A stretch of DNA of 64,000 nucleotides from positions 15,172-79,171 of the forward strand of contig ONII01000006.1 of NCBI GenBank assembly GCA_900317845.1, in the 5' to 3' direction. Positions 19,771 to 28,195 of the stretch are shown one piece after another. The notes beneath the pieces are model-generated. The model worked only from the letters and a program-made list of their open reading frames with translations, did not search any database and had not been told where the DNA came from. Source of the stretch: an uncultured Bacteroidales bacterium. GTDB lineage: Bacteria > Bacteroidota > Bacteroidia > Bacteroidales > UBA932. Position 1 is the stretch's first letter, and the number at the start of each line of letters is the position of its first letter. The position numbers were made by a program, and so were the translations under genes.

Positions 19771-20025
19771 ATGGCAAACACTAAATCAGCCGCACGTGCC
19801 GCCCGTCAGAGCGAGCGTCACCGCCTGCATAACAAGTATTATGCAAAAACAACGAGGAACGCCATCCGCGACCTCCGCAACACGACAGACAAGGCAGCAG
19901 CCCAGGAGAATGCTCCTAAGGTATATGCCATGATAGACAAGCTCGCAAAAATCGGGGTTATCCACAAAAACAAAGCGGCCAACCTCAAGAGCGGTCTCCA
20001 GGTTTACATCAACAAGCTCGCCTAA
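19771..20025 (+). CDS. rpsT: 30S ribosomal protein S20
   Basis: MANTKSA...R...[20 protein letters not shown]. Confidence 0.97.
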   Translation: MANTKSAARAARQSERHRLHNKYYAKTTRNAIRDLRNTTDKAAAQENAPKVYAMIDKLAKIGVIHKNKAANLKSGLQVYINKLA

Positions 20026-20046
20026 GAGCTTGTTTTTTATCAGGAG

Positions 20047-20122
20047 CGGGATGTAGCGCAGTTGGTAGCGCACTACGTTCGGGACGTAGGGGTCGCTCGT
20101 TCGAGTCGAGTCATCCCGACCA
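20047..20122 (+). tRNA. tRNA-Pro (CGG) with encoded CCA
   Basis: Acceptor CGGGATG/CATCCCG, anticodon arm CTACG-TT-CGG-GA-CGTAG, T-loop GTTCGAGTC. Confidence 0.96.
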
Positions 20123-20174
20123 AAAAGAAGCCAGACGGACTTTCTGGTTTCTTTTTTTTGTCTATCTTTGTGAG

Positions 20175-20954
20175 GTGAACCCTTTCAAGCAACATATATT
20201 CCTGCTTCTGGCCGCCTTTCTGCTGGGCGGTCTCTCCCTCCAGGCGCAGAAAATCTGTGCCCACCGGGGATACTGGAAGTGTGAGGAGGCGGGGAATACC
20301 CAGAATTCCATTGCTTCGCTGCGCGCGGCCCAGCAAAACGGTTTCTGGGGCAGTGAATTCGATGTGCACCTTACCGCGGATGATATTGTAGTGGTGAACC
20401 ACGACCCTTCGCTCAATGGCATCTCCATCCGCAAGAATACGTATAAGCGGCTTTTAAGGACGCGGCTCTCCAATGGGGAGCCCATCCCCTCCCTGGCCGA
20501 TTATCTGCGGCAGGGGGCGCAATCGTCCTGTATGCTCGTGTTGGAAATCAAGCCCCAGAAAACGGTGCATCGTACCCTTGCCCTGGCCAAAGCCTGCGTG
20601 GAGGAACTGCGGACATTTCAGCTCCTGGATTCCACCCGCGTCATGTTTATCTCGTTCAGTTTTGAGGCCTGCCGCTGGATTGCGGAGCAATTGCCCGGCT
20701 TTGGCAACCAGTATCTGGAAGGGGACAAAGATCCGGAAACCGTGCATGCGGCCGGGATAGGCGGCATCGACTATCATTACACGGTTTTCCACCGGCATCC
20801 GGACTGGGTGGCGCGTGCCCACGCCCTGGGCATGGACGTAAACGCCTGGACCGTAGATAGCAAGAGCGAAATGGAATACCTCCGGGACCTGGGCGTAGAT
20901 GTTATCACCACCAACCGCCCCCTCCTCCTTCGCGAAGTGCTGGAAAAACAATAA
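20175..20954 (+). CDS. Glycerophosphodiester phosphodiesterase family protein
   Basis: AHRG, QNSIASL, EFDVHLTAD, HD, LEIK, WTVD, VITTNRP. Confidence 0.93.
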   Translation: MNPFKQHIFLLLAAFLLGGLSLQAQKICAHRGYWKCEEAGNTQNSIASLRAAQQNGFWGSEFDVHLTADDIVVVNHDPSLNGISIRKNTYKRLLRTRLSNGEPIPSLADYLRQGAQSSCMLVLEIKPQKTVHRTLALAKACVEELRTFQLLDSTRVMFISFSFEACRWIAEQLPGFGNQYLEGDKDPETVHAAGIGGIDYHYTVFHRHPDWVARAHALGMDVNAWTVDSKSEMEYLRDLGVDVITTNRPLLLREVLEKQ

Positions 20955-20986
20955 AAAACAAGCGCCGGCGTATCTGCCAGCGCTTG
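20953..20986 (-). terminator. Original tRNA-Asn terminator, displaced by the integrated element
   Basis: Minus strand CAAGCGCTGGC-AGATAC-GCCGGCGCTTG followed by a T run, directly after the duplicated tRNA 3' end. Confidence 0.7.
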
Positions 20987-20988
20987 GT

Positions 20989-21035
20989 GCTCCCCCTGTT
21001 GGACTTGAACCAACGACCCTCTGATTAACAGTCAG
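20989..21035 (-). repeat. att direct repeat (duplicated 3' half of tRNA-Asn)
   Basis: Exact match to 23994-24040; lacks the D-arm and 5' acceptor strand. Confidence 0.93.
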
Positions 21036-21131
21036 GCCCTGGGACATCAGTCCGTAGAGACCACTAAGCACTACCTGGCCAAGTTTAGCACTACAAAAAT
21101 GGCCGAAGAAACGGATATTGACCTCTCGTAA
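21030..21131 (+). pseudogene. C-terminal stump of a tyrosine integrase
   Basis: SQALGHQSVETTKHYLAKFS... is a box II motif (LGH...T..Y); no start codon, in-frame TGA at 21006. Confidence 0.8.
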
Positions 21132-21257
21132 ACAGGTGTTTGTCCGACAAACACACATCTTGCAATTTGGACTAAGCCCCAAATACTTATAATGCCAGAA
21201 ATGCCAGGGGCAAACAAAAATAAATCACTACATTTGTAAACCTTAAAGACGTTCGCT

Positions 21258-22343
21258 ATGGAACAGTTGATGAAATTGGATAAGGAATACGCCCAGTGGA
21301 TTGCAGAGCTGGCACAACGATATCGCTCCAGCCAGATAAAGGCTGCAATAAAGGTCAATGATGAGATGCTTCGCTTCTACTGGTCAGTGGGTGAGGACAT
21401 CGAGAAGCGGCAGTACGAAAACCGCTATGGCAGCCATTTCTATGAGAATGTAAGCAAGGATTTGAGGAAGGAATTGGGCTTAGTCCATGGTTTGTCCACG
21501 ACTACAATCAAGTACACTCATTATTTCTATCGCCTTTATAGTCAGCTTGTTGGAATTCGTCAGCAAGTTGCTGACGATTCTGCAGCACCAATTCGTCAGC
21601 AAGATGCTGACGTTTTGGATTTGATCTTCAAGATTCCGTGGACCCACCATATGTGCATCATTGACAAAGTGAAAGGTGATGCCAAGAAAGGCCTTTTCTT
21701 CGCCAGGAAGACACTGGATAATAATTGGGGAAGAGCTGTGCTGCTTAACTTCCTCTCATCCGATCTTTATGAGCGCCAGGGCGCTGCCCAGACCAACTTC
21801 GCGCTCACCATACCGGCGCCGGAGAGCGACCTGGCCCAGGAGCTTCTGAAGAGCCCGTACGATTTCACGTTCCTGCCGGGAAAGGAGAGGTATCAGGAGG
21901 CCGAGTTGAAAGATGCCTTGATTGATCACATTACCCGGTTCTTGGTTGAACTGGGCAAGGGCTTCTCTTATGTCGGCAAAGAGTATCGCCTTGTTGCCGG
22001 AGGGAAGGAGAAGTTCATCGACTTGCTCTTTTACATTATCCCGCTGCATCGATATTGCGTGATCGAGGTCAAGGTTACGGAGTTCGATTTCCCGGATCTG
22101 GGACAATTGGCAGGATATGTTGCTATGGTGGACGACCTCCTCAACACCGAAGTCGAGAAGCCAGCTATTGGCCTGCTAATCTGCAAGGAGAAGAATTCCG
22201 TCCTGGCTCGATACGCACTGTCAACAATCAATCGCCCGATGGGAATCTCTGAATACGAGATTGCCCGCCAGCAGCTGCCTGACGATTTGAAAAACGCCCT
22301 TCCTTCCCCAGAAGAAATCGAACAGGGACTGATGGACAAATAG
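21258..22343 (+). CDS. YhcG/DUF1016 family PD-(D/E)XK nuclease-domain protein
   Basis: YWSVGEDI, IPWTHH, KSPYDFTFL, ELGKGFSYVG, IDLLFY...YCVIEVK, GQLAGY, IGLLICK; own TACATTTG box 21229-21236. Confidence 0.92.
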   Translation: MEQLMKLDKEYAQWIAELAQRYRSSQIKAAIKVNDEMLRFYWSVGEDIEKRQYENRYGSHFYENVSKDLRKELGLVHGLSTTTIKYTHYFYRLYSQLVGIRQQVADDSAAPIRQQDADVLDLIFKIPWTHHMCIIDKVKGDAKKGLFFARKTLDNNWGRAVLLNFLSSDLYERQGAAQTNFALTIPAPESDLAQELLKSPYDFTFLPGKERYQEAELKDALIDHITRFLVELGKGFSYVGKEYRLVAGGKEKFIDLLFYIIPLHRYCVIEVKVTEFDFPDLGQLAGYVAMVDDLLNTEVEKPAIGLLICKEKNSVLARYALSTINRPMGISEYEIARQQLPDDLKNALPSPEEIEQGLMDK

Positions 22344-22423
22344 CATCATAGCCACATAGAAGAGAACTGCCGCCACCTCAACGTGACGGCAGTTTCAGTA
22401 GTACAGCAATATAGCCTCCAAAT

Positions 22424-22711
22424 ACTACCCAAAAGGTCGATGAGACTACCCAAAAGACTACCCAAAAGGGCGAAAACTCCACACCAAAGACCAACCCAAA
22501 GGAGGGAAAGTCCACACCAAAGAAACTGGGCGCTACAGCGCAATTGATACTTGACATCCTTTCAGAAGATCCTTACTTGAAACGAGAAGAGATTGCAGCA
22601 CGTGCAGGCTTAAAGCTGGAAGGCCTCAAGTATCAATTAGCTCAGCTTAACTCGTTGGGGAACAGTAATAATGCTATCAGGGTGGCGTGTTATACTCTCA
22701 TACGGAATTAG
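22424..22711 (+). pseudogene. Fragment: TTQK repeats plus winged-HTH C-terminus of an ATP-binding transcriptional-regulator-like gene
   Basis: TTQKVDETTQKTTQK...LILDILSEDPYLKREEIAARAGLKLEGLKYQLAQL; in-frame TAG just upstream, no start. Confidence 0.6.
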
Positions 22712-22755
22712 AATTCTGTAGTGGCTGATTCTGAACACTTCGGCCCCGTTCCGGA

Positions 22756-22905
22756 TTACTCATCCTTCAACAAACTCTTCATACTTCTGTCTGCCAACCC
22801 GGAATCCAAGACACCTGCTTCTTTTGCAAAGTATAGAAGCAATTGCCACAGTTCCTTCACCCGGCTTTCCAGTAAAGCCAGTCTTTCCAATTCATCCTTC
22901 ATCAT
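22756..22905 (-). CDS. Hypothetical 49-aa protein translationally coupled to the HTH gene
   Basis: ATGA overlap with the stop of 22902..23180; MMKDELERLALLESRVKELWQLLLYF... Confidence 0.45.
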   Translation of the reverse strand: MMKDELERLALLESRVKELWQLLLYFAKEAGVLDSGLADRSMKSLLKDE

Positions 22906-23180
22906 CTATTCCCTCCTTCGGCCACCCATTTCCTCAGGGCAGCGGTCTCAAACATAAGCTTGCTTCCTATCTTATGAGCGCCTGGGACCTTGCCCTGGGA
23001 ATGCATTTGGTACAGGCTGTTCTTGCTGTAGCCTGTAATCTCTGAGGCTTGCGAGACAGATACTCTTTCCGGGTATTCATATTTCTTCTCGTCCCGCAGT
23101 ACCTCAAGCATCGTCTCACGGACGACGCCCTCCATTTCCTTTTTCATCTTTTCCATCAGTTGTTCAAACAATTCTCTCAT
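22902..23180 (-). CDS. Excisionase-like helix-turn-helix protein
   Basis: VSVSQASEITGYSKNSLYQMHSQGKVPGAHKIGSKLMF...LRKWV, typical MerR-type HTH/Xis pattern within an integrative element. Confidence 0.82.
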   Translation of the reverse strand: MRELFEQLMEKMKKEMEGVVRETMLEVLRDEKKYEYPERVSVSQASEITGYSKNSLYQMHSQGKVPGAHKIGSKLMFETAALRKWVAEGGNR

Positions 23181-23489
23181 GCCTCGTAACCTTTAATATT
23201 ATACTTCATCTCGGCTCTCATACGGAACTGGCGGCAAGATTAGTAAAGACCGTTGACTAATCCAAATTTCGGAAGGCTGGTCGGACCAAATTTCGGCGAA
23301 AAAAAGGGGCGTCCAAAAGTGGAAAAAGGGCAAAGCACATAGCTGGATTTGGATACTTCGATAAAAGTAGATAGGTTTGCACCAACACTGAAATATGAAG
23401 GGGAAGAGTCGTCAAGTCACAAGATGACTTTGTGGGGAAGTAGAAAAGTGTAGAAGTATAGATTAGTAATAGTGTAAACGAAGAAAAGT

Positions 23490-23766
23490 ATGGATCAGTT
23501 AGAAATGTTCCGGGAACAGCTCAGGAGAAAGCCCGGAGAGACGCAAAAGAAAGAGATGAAAAAGAAGAAGGACGGGAGCGACGCGACCGTAAAGGTGCCG
23601 GCCGGCCACCCTCAGAGACGCGCGAGTCTTGGCACTATGGCTGGATGAAAGGGGAAAAAGGCGAAGCCTTTCTTTCATCTTTGCCGATGCCCTGGAATAT
23701 TACATCGACAACAAGTATCCCGAAGCCCGTGAAGGGGTTAGGATTGTCAAAAAACAAGAAGTATAA
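23490..23766 (+). pseudogene. Probable frameshifted ribbon-helix-helix protein
   Basis: Frame A gives MDQLEMF...ATVKVPA; after a shift near 23610 another frame gives TLRDARVLALWLDERGKRRSLSFIFADALEYYIDNKY...EV*. Confidence 0.45.
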
Positions 23767-23994
23767 GTCTTTATATTGCCAGAATTTGGCTTATCCCAAA
23801 TTGCAAGATGTGCTTTCGTGTCACGAACGCGATTGTCGCCGCCAAATACTTCTTTTATGGGGTTATATTTGCCTTTTCGTATATCGTAAAGCAATAAAAA
23901 TATTCTTTTAAAACACGCTGAAACTGCGACAAAACTGCGACTAAGGCCCAAAAGAAAAGCACCTACATTTCTGCAAGTGCTTGATTCTGAGGAG

Positions 23995-24068
23995 CTCCCC
24001 CTGTTGGACTTGAACCAACGACCCTCTGATTAACAGTCAGATGCTCTAACCAACTGAGCTAAGGAGGA
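23995..24068 (-). tRNA. tRNA-Asn (GTT), no encoded CCA
   Basis: Acceptor TCCTCCT/AGGGGGA, D-arm AGCTCAGTTGGTTAGAGC, anticodon arm TCTGA-CT-GTT-AA-TCAGA. Confidence 0.96.
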
Positions 24069-24213
24069 ATATTTTGCCGTTATTTCCGTAACGGGATTGC
24101 AAAGGTACAATCTTTTTTGGATTCTGCAAAGCTTTTCAAGAAATTTTTTTAAAAGATTTATTGTGCCGGATTTTTATGTATCTTTGTAAGTTCTTTTGTA
24201 GAGCTTAAGGAAA

Positions 24214-25125
24214 ATGGACATTGACCTGCTATCCAGAATGGTAAAAGAAGTGGTGATGGACCACGACACCGTGACGCTGCCCGGCGTGGGCAGTTTTGTC
24301 ACGGAACTGGTTCCTGCAACCTTCGCAGACCGCGGCTACACCATCCTTCCGCCGTATCGCAGGCTGTATTTCTCTCCCACTCAAGGGGAGGATACCCTTT
24401 TGGTAGATTTCTACGCCCAGGCCAATCGCATTCCGGTAGCCGATGCAAGCCGCATCCTCACGGACTTCCTTTCGGAAATGAAGGAAGTGCTTAAGGTGAA
24501 GAAAACCATCGTTTTCCCGGGCCTTGGACGCCTTCGCGCCACGCGGGAGAACCATTTCTTCTTTGTGGCCGATGAAGACCTGGACATTTATCCCACCGGT
24601 TTTGGCCTGCAGCCCATCTCCCTCAAAAGCCACGAAGAAACCAAAGAGGAAGTTGAAGAAGCCGTCTCTGCCCTTGCCTCCATCCTGGAACAAAAGCCGG
24701 AGCCGGAAGATTTCTCGGCTGCGCCTGCGGCTCCGCTCGAAATGACAGTAGCAGAGCCTGCGCCAGAGCCCGAACCGGAGCCCGAACCAGAGCCCGAACC
24801 AGAGCCCGAACCAGAGCCCGAACCAGAGCCCGAACCAGAGCCCGAACCAGAGCCCGAATCGGAGCCCGAACCAGAGCCGGAGCCGGAGCCTGAACCGGCC
24901 CCCATTGTCATTCCGACCGAAGTGGAGGAATCTCCTGCCCCCGAACCCGTTGTGGAGCCTGCCGCAGAGCACAAGGGCCGGAATGTGTTCCTGTGGACGC
25001 TTGTTGCCCTGGGCATCGCGCTCATCCTGACGGTTATCGGTCTTGCCGTGGCGGGCCGTGTGGCCCCTCAGTGGCTGGACAGTTTCCTGTATTCTCCGGA
25101 AGAGTTAGAAGTGTTATATAAGTAG
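24214..25125 (+). CDS. HU-like (CCDC81-type) domain protein with Pro-Glu repeat linker and C-terminal TM helix
   Basis: [10 protein letters not shown] and [11 protein letters not shown]-like repeats, PEPEPE tract, hydrophobic helix near C-terminus. Confidence 0.75.
   Translation: MDIDLLSRMVKEVVMDHDTVTLPGVGSFVTELVPATFADRGYTILPPYRRLYFSPTQGEDTLLVDFYAQANRIPVADASRILTDFLSEMKEVLKVKKTIVFPGLGRLRATRENHFFFVADEDLDIYPTGFGLQPISLKSHEETKEEVEEAVSALASILEQKPEPEDFSAAPAAPLEMTVAEPAPEPEPEPEPEPEPEPEPEPEPEPEPEPEPEPESEPEPEPEPEPEPAPIVIPTEVEESPAPEPVVEPAAEHKGRNVFLWTLVALGIALILTVIGLAVAGRVAPQWLDSFLYSPEELEVLYK
24708..24747 (-). repeat. REP-like palindrome inside the CDS
   Basis: Reverse complement TGTCATTTCGAGCGGAGCCGCAGGCGCAGCCGAGAAATCT shares both ends with 1069-1095. 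Confidence 0.7.
24763..24897 (+). repeat. 12-bp coding tandem repeat CCAGAGCCCGAA (PEPE)n
   Basis: About 11 near-identical units. Confidence 0.95.
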
Positions 25126-25131
25126 TGTAAA

Positions 25132-25878
25132 ATGAAGCCGGTTAGTAGAGAAGGATACAAATTCAGACAGGATATTTCCATCCCGTGCTACCAGACGGAC
25201 AGCAAGTTGCAGCTCAGGCCCGCCGCTTTTATGGACCTGGCCCAGGAAATTGCCTATTGGGCCGCCCAGGAGCTGGGATTCGGCTACGATACCCTCCATA
25301 TCCACCATACGGCCTGGGTGCTCAGTCGCATGCACATCCACTTTGTGCAGCCTGCTCTCTGGCGGGAGCAGGTATCGATTTACACCTGGCACAAAGGCTC
25401 CGCCGGCCTGTTTTACATGCGTGATTTCGACCTGCGGAATGAAGCAGGGGAGCACAGCGTGCTCTGCACCAGTTCCTGGGTGGTGATTAACGAGGAAACC
25501 CGCCGCCTGGTGCGCCCGGAAGACCTGGCCCAGTTCCTGGCCGTGGATTACGAGGTGGACGATGCCATCGCGGAACCCGCCCCCAAAGTGGCTCTGCCCA
25601 AGGACAGTGAAGCGGAATGCGTAGCAACGCACCGCGTGGCTTTCTCGGACGTAGACCTCATTGGCCATACCAACAACGCCCGCTATGTGGTATGGGCCAT
25701 GGACTGCCTTCCGCTCTCTCAGACGGAACAGCCGCTTAAAGACTTGTATATCAATTTCAATAAAGAAACCAAGGCGGACGAACTTGTACAGCTCTATCGC
25801 CTGCAGGACGGCGTTTCCTGGTATGTGGAAGGCCGCGTGGACGGCAAGTCCTGCTTTGTTGTAAAACTGGAATATTGA
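25132..25878 (+). CDS. Acyl-ACP thioesterase
   Basis: WVLSRMHI, TSSWVVIN..TRR, SDVDLIGHTNNARY. Confidence 0.9.
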   Translation: MKPVSREGYKFRQDISIPCYQTDSKLQLRPAAFMDLAQEIAYWAAQELGFGYDTLHIHHTAWVLSRMHIHFVQPALWREQVSIYTWHKGSAGLFYMRDFDLRNEAGEHSVLCTSSWVVINEETRRLVRPEDLAQFLAVDYEVDDAIAEPAPKVALPKDSEAECVATHRVAFSDVDLIGHTNNARYVVWAMDCLPLSQTEQPLKDLYINFNKETKADELVQLYRLQDGVSWYVEGRVDGKSCFVVKLEY

Positions 25879-25880
25879 CT

Positions 25881-27566
25881 ATGAAAGATTTGTTTTTCGG
25901 ATACGGCGTCGCCCATAGCATCATGCTGCTTGCATTTGTTATCGGCATTGGACTTTTTCTGGGCCGTTTCAAGGTAAAAGGCATCTCCCTGGGCTCCACC
26001 TGGATCCTGTTTCTGGGCATCCTGATGGGGCATCTGGGCTTCCAGATGGACCTGGACATGCTGCATTTTGTCAAGGAGTTCGGCCTTATCCTCTTTGTGT
26101 TTTCCATCGGTCTTCAGGTGGGCCCCGGTTTTTTTCATTCGTTCAGAAGCGGCGGCGTAAAGATGAACCTGCTGGCCGTGATGAACATTCTGCTGGCCGT
26201 TGCGGCCACTTATGCCATATCGGCCCTCAGCGGTGAAAGCCTTTCTACGATGGTGGGCGTGATGTCCGGCGCCGTCACCAATACGCCCGGCCTCGGTGCC
26301 GCCCAGCAAACCTTTATAGACACCGCGGTCGCCGGAGGCACTAGCGCCCTGGCCGCCGGCGAGGTCTCCGGGCACTTGGCATCGGCCTACGCCGTAGCCT
26401 ATCCCATCGGCGTTATTGGCGTTATTGGCGTCATCCTGCTGTTCAAGGCTATTTTCAGGATCGATCCTAAAAAGGAACTGGCAGAGCTGAAAGCGCAGGA
26501 CGATGAGGTGGAAAAAGCCCGCCGCATGCATGTGATGGTGGAGAATCCGGCCATCTTCGGACGCAAGCTCTCCGGCATCCTGCAGGAATTTGGCGGCGAT
26601 TTTGTGGTATCCCGCATCATGAAGGGCGACGAAATCCTGTTCCCGCAGCCGGATACCATCCTGAACGAAGGCGACAAACTGCTCATTGTGACCTCGCAGA
26701 ACGAGGTGGACCGAATCCGCATCCTCTTTGGTGAGGAAGTGCCTATGCATCAGGCCGATTGGCAGGTGAAAGACCACAACATGGTCACCCGCCGCATTGT
26801 GGTTACCAATGGCAAACTCACCGGGAAAAAGCTCAAGGAACTGGGCTTCCGCAGCGCTTACGGCGTAAGTGTGACGCGTGTTATCCGTGCCGGCGTGGAG
26901 CTCGTCGCCAGCCCCAACCTGTACATCCAGGTGGGTGACGGCCTCATGTGCGTGGGAACGCTCAAAAACATCGAAAACCTGGCCAAGAAAGTGGGTAACT
27001 CCAACGATGCCCTCAACAAACCCAACCTGGTGCCCATTTTCCTGGGCATTGTGGTGGGTATCATCTTTGGCTCCCTTCCCATTCGCTTCCCGGGCATCCC
27101 GCAGGCCATCAAGCTGGGCCTGGCCGGCGGCCCGCTCATCATTGCCATCCTGCTGGGCCACTTCGGCCCCAAATATAAAATCACCACGTATACCACCACC
27201 AGTGCCAATCTGATGCTGCGGGAAATCGGCATTGCCATGTTCCTGGCAGCCGTGGGCATTGGCGCCGGTGCCGACTTCTGGAAGTCCATTGTGGGCGGTG
27301 GTTACTGGTGGATCCTGTACGGCGCCATCATCACCATCGTGCCTCTGTGCATCACCTTCATCGTGTCCCGTGCGTTCTTCCACCTCAACTTCTACCAGAT
27401 TTGCGGCCTTATCAGCGGCTCCTGCACCAATCCGCCGGTGCTGGCCTTCGCCCAGGGCATGTACGGCAGCGACTATACGTCCGTGAACTATGCCACGGTG
27501 TACCCGCTGTCCATGTTTATGCGCGTGCTGGTAGCACAGCTGCTCATCCTGGTTGCAATGGCGTAG
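25881..27566 (+). CDS. AspT/YidE/YbjL family transporter with TrkA-C domains
   Basis: LFVFSIGLQVGPGFF, GAVTNTPGLGAA, LGLAGGPL, SCTNPPVL, YATVYP. Confidence 0.92.
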   Translation: MKDLFFGYGVAHSIMLLAFVIGIGLFLGRFKVKGISLGSTWILFLGILMGHLGFQMDLDMLHFVKEFGLILFVFSIGLQVGPGFFHSFRSGGVKMNLLAVMNILLAVAATYAISALSGESLSTMVGVMSGAVTNTPGLGAAQQTFIDTAVAGGTSALAAGEVSGHLASAYAVAYPIGVIGVIGVILLFKAIFRIDPKKELAELKAQDDEVEKARRMHVMVENPAIFGRKLSGILQEFGGDFVVSRIMKGDEILFPQPDTILNEGDKLLIVTSQNEVDRIRILFGEEVPMHQADWQVKDHNMVTRRIVVTNGKLTGKKLKELGFRSAYGVSVTRVIRAGVELVASPNLYIQVGDGLMCVGTLKNIENLAKKVGNSNDALNKPNLVPIFLGIVVGIIFGSLPIRFPGIPQAIKLGLAGGPLIIAILLGHFGPKYKITTYTTTSANLMLREIGIAMFLAAVGIGAGADFWKSIVGGGYWWILYGAIITIVPLCITFIVSRAFFHLNFYQICGLISGSCTNPPVLAFAQGMYGSDYTSVNYATVYPLSMFMRVLVAQLLILVAMA

Positions 27567-28160
27567 GTGATGGTGGACCTGGTCTATCCTTCGGAGCCTG
27601 CTCCGCTGTATCCCCGGCCTTCCATTGGCCGTCCGGGCAGACAGCTCGTTCCCAGGGGGGAGATGCTCCCGCTCATGGAACCGTCCGGTCTGGTCTATGG
27701 CCGTGCAACCCGCGACTGGTGCCACAGCGGTTCCAAGGTGCTGCATCCGGTAGTCCATTTGCACATTGTGGACCGGTTTGGCAATATCTACCTGCAAAAA
27801 CGAGCGATGACCAAAGACCTCCTTCCCGGCTATTGGGATACGGCGGTGGGCGGCCACGTAACCTATGGTGAGCAGGCCGTGGAGGCCCTGTACCGTGAGG
27901 CGGCGGAGGAATTGGGACTGCACGCATTCAATCCCATCCCGCTGGATACCTACACCTACCAGACGGAGCGCGACAGCGAATTCGTGTTCATTTACGGCAT
28001 GGTGGGGCATCCGGACATTGCCCCGGACGAGTCCGAAGTCTCCGAAGGAAAGTGGTGGTCCCAGGAGGAGGTGGACGCTGCTTTCGGGAAAAATATCCTT
28101 ACGCCTAACTTCGAGTCAGAATTTCCTCAAATTCGTGCCCGTTTACTGGCATTACTGTAG
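27567..28160 (+). CDS. NUDIX hydrolase (Idi-like)
   Basis: LHPVVHLHI, LQKRA..K...PG.WDTAVGGH, REAAEELG; start uncertain. Confidence 0.88.
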   Translation: MMVDLVYPSEPAPLYPRPSIGRPGRQLVPRGEMLPLMEPSGLVYGRATRDWCHSGSKVLHPVVHLHIVDRFGNIYLQKRAMTKDLLPGYWDTAVGGHVTYGEQAVEALYREAAEELGLHAFNPIPLDTYTYQTERDSEFVFIYGMVGHPDIAPDESEVSEGKWWSQEEVDAAFGKNILTPNFESEFPQIRARLLALL

Positions 28161-28195
28161 GATTTCCCCGAAAAAAGCCGTAACTTTACAAGGTT

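Larger units (their letters stand above)
20989..24040. mobile_element. Decayed integrative element inserted in the 3' end of tRNA-Asn
   Basis: Identical 47-bp direct repeats at 20989-21035 and 23994-24040 (tRNA-Asn 3' half), AT-richer interior, integrase stump, excisionase-like HTH, YhcG. Confidence 0.9.

Noticed and set aside
20989-21035. Second tRNA-Asn gene
   Set aside because: Only the 3' half is present; it is the att duplication
21006-23993. Integrase gene split by the att site and rejoined on circularisation
   Set aside because: No integrase N-terminal coding sequence precedes the right att, and the frame through the att contains a TGA at 21006
24763-24897. CRISPR array
   Set aside because: Contiguous 12-bp coding repeat without spacers; no cas genes in the window
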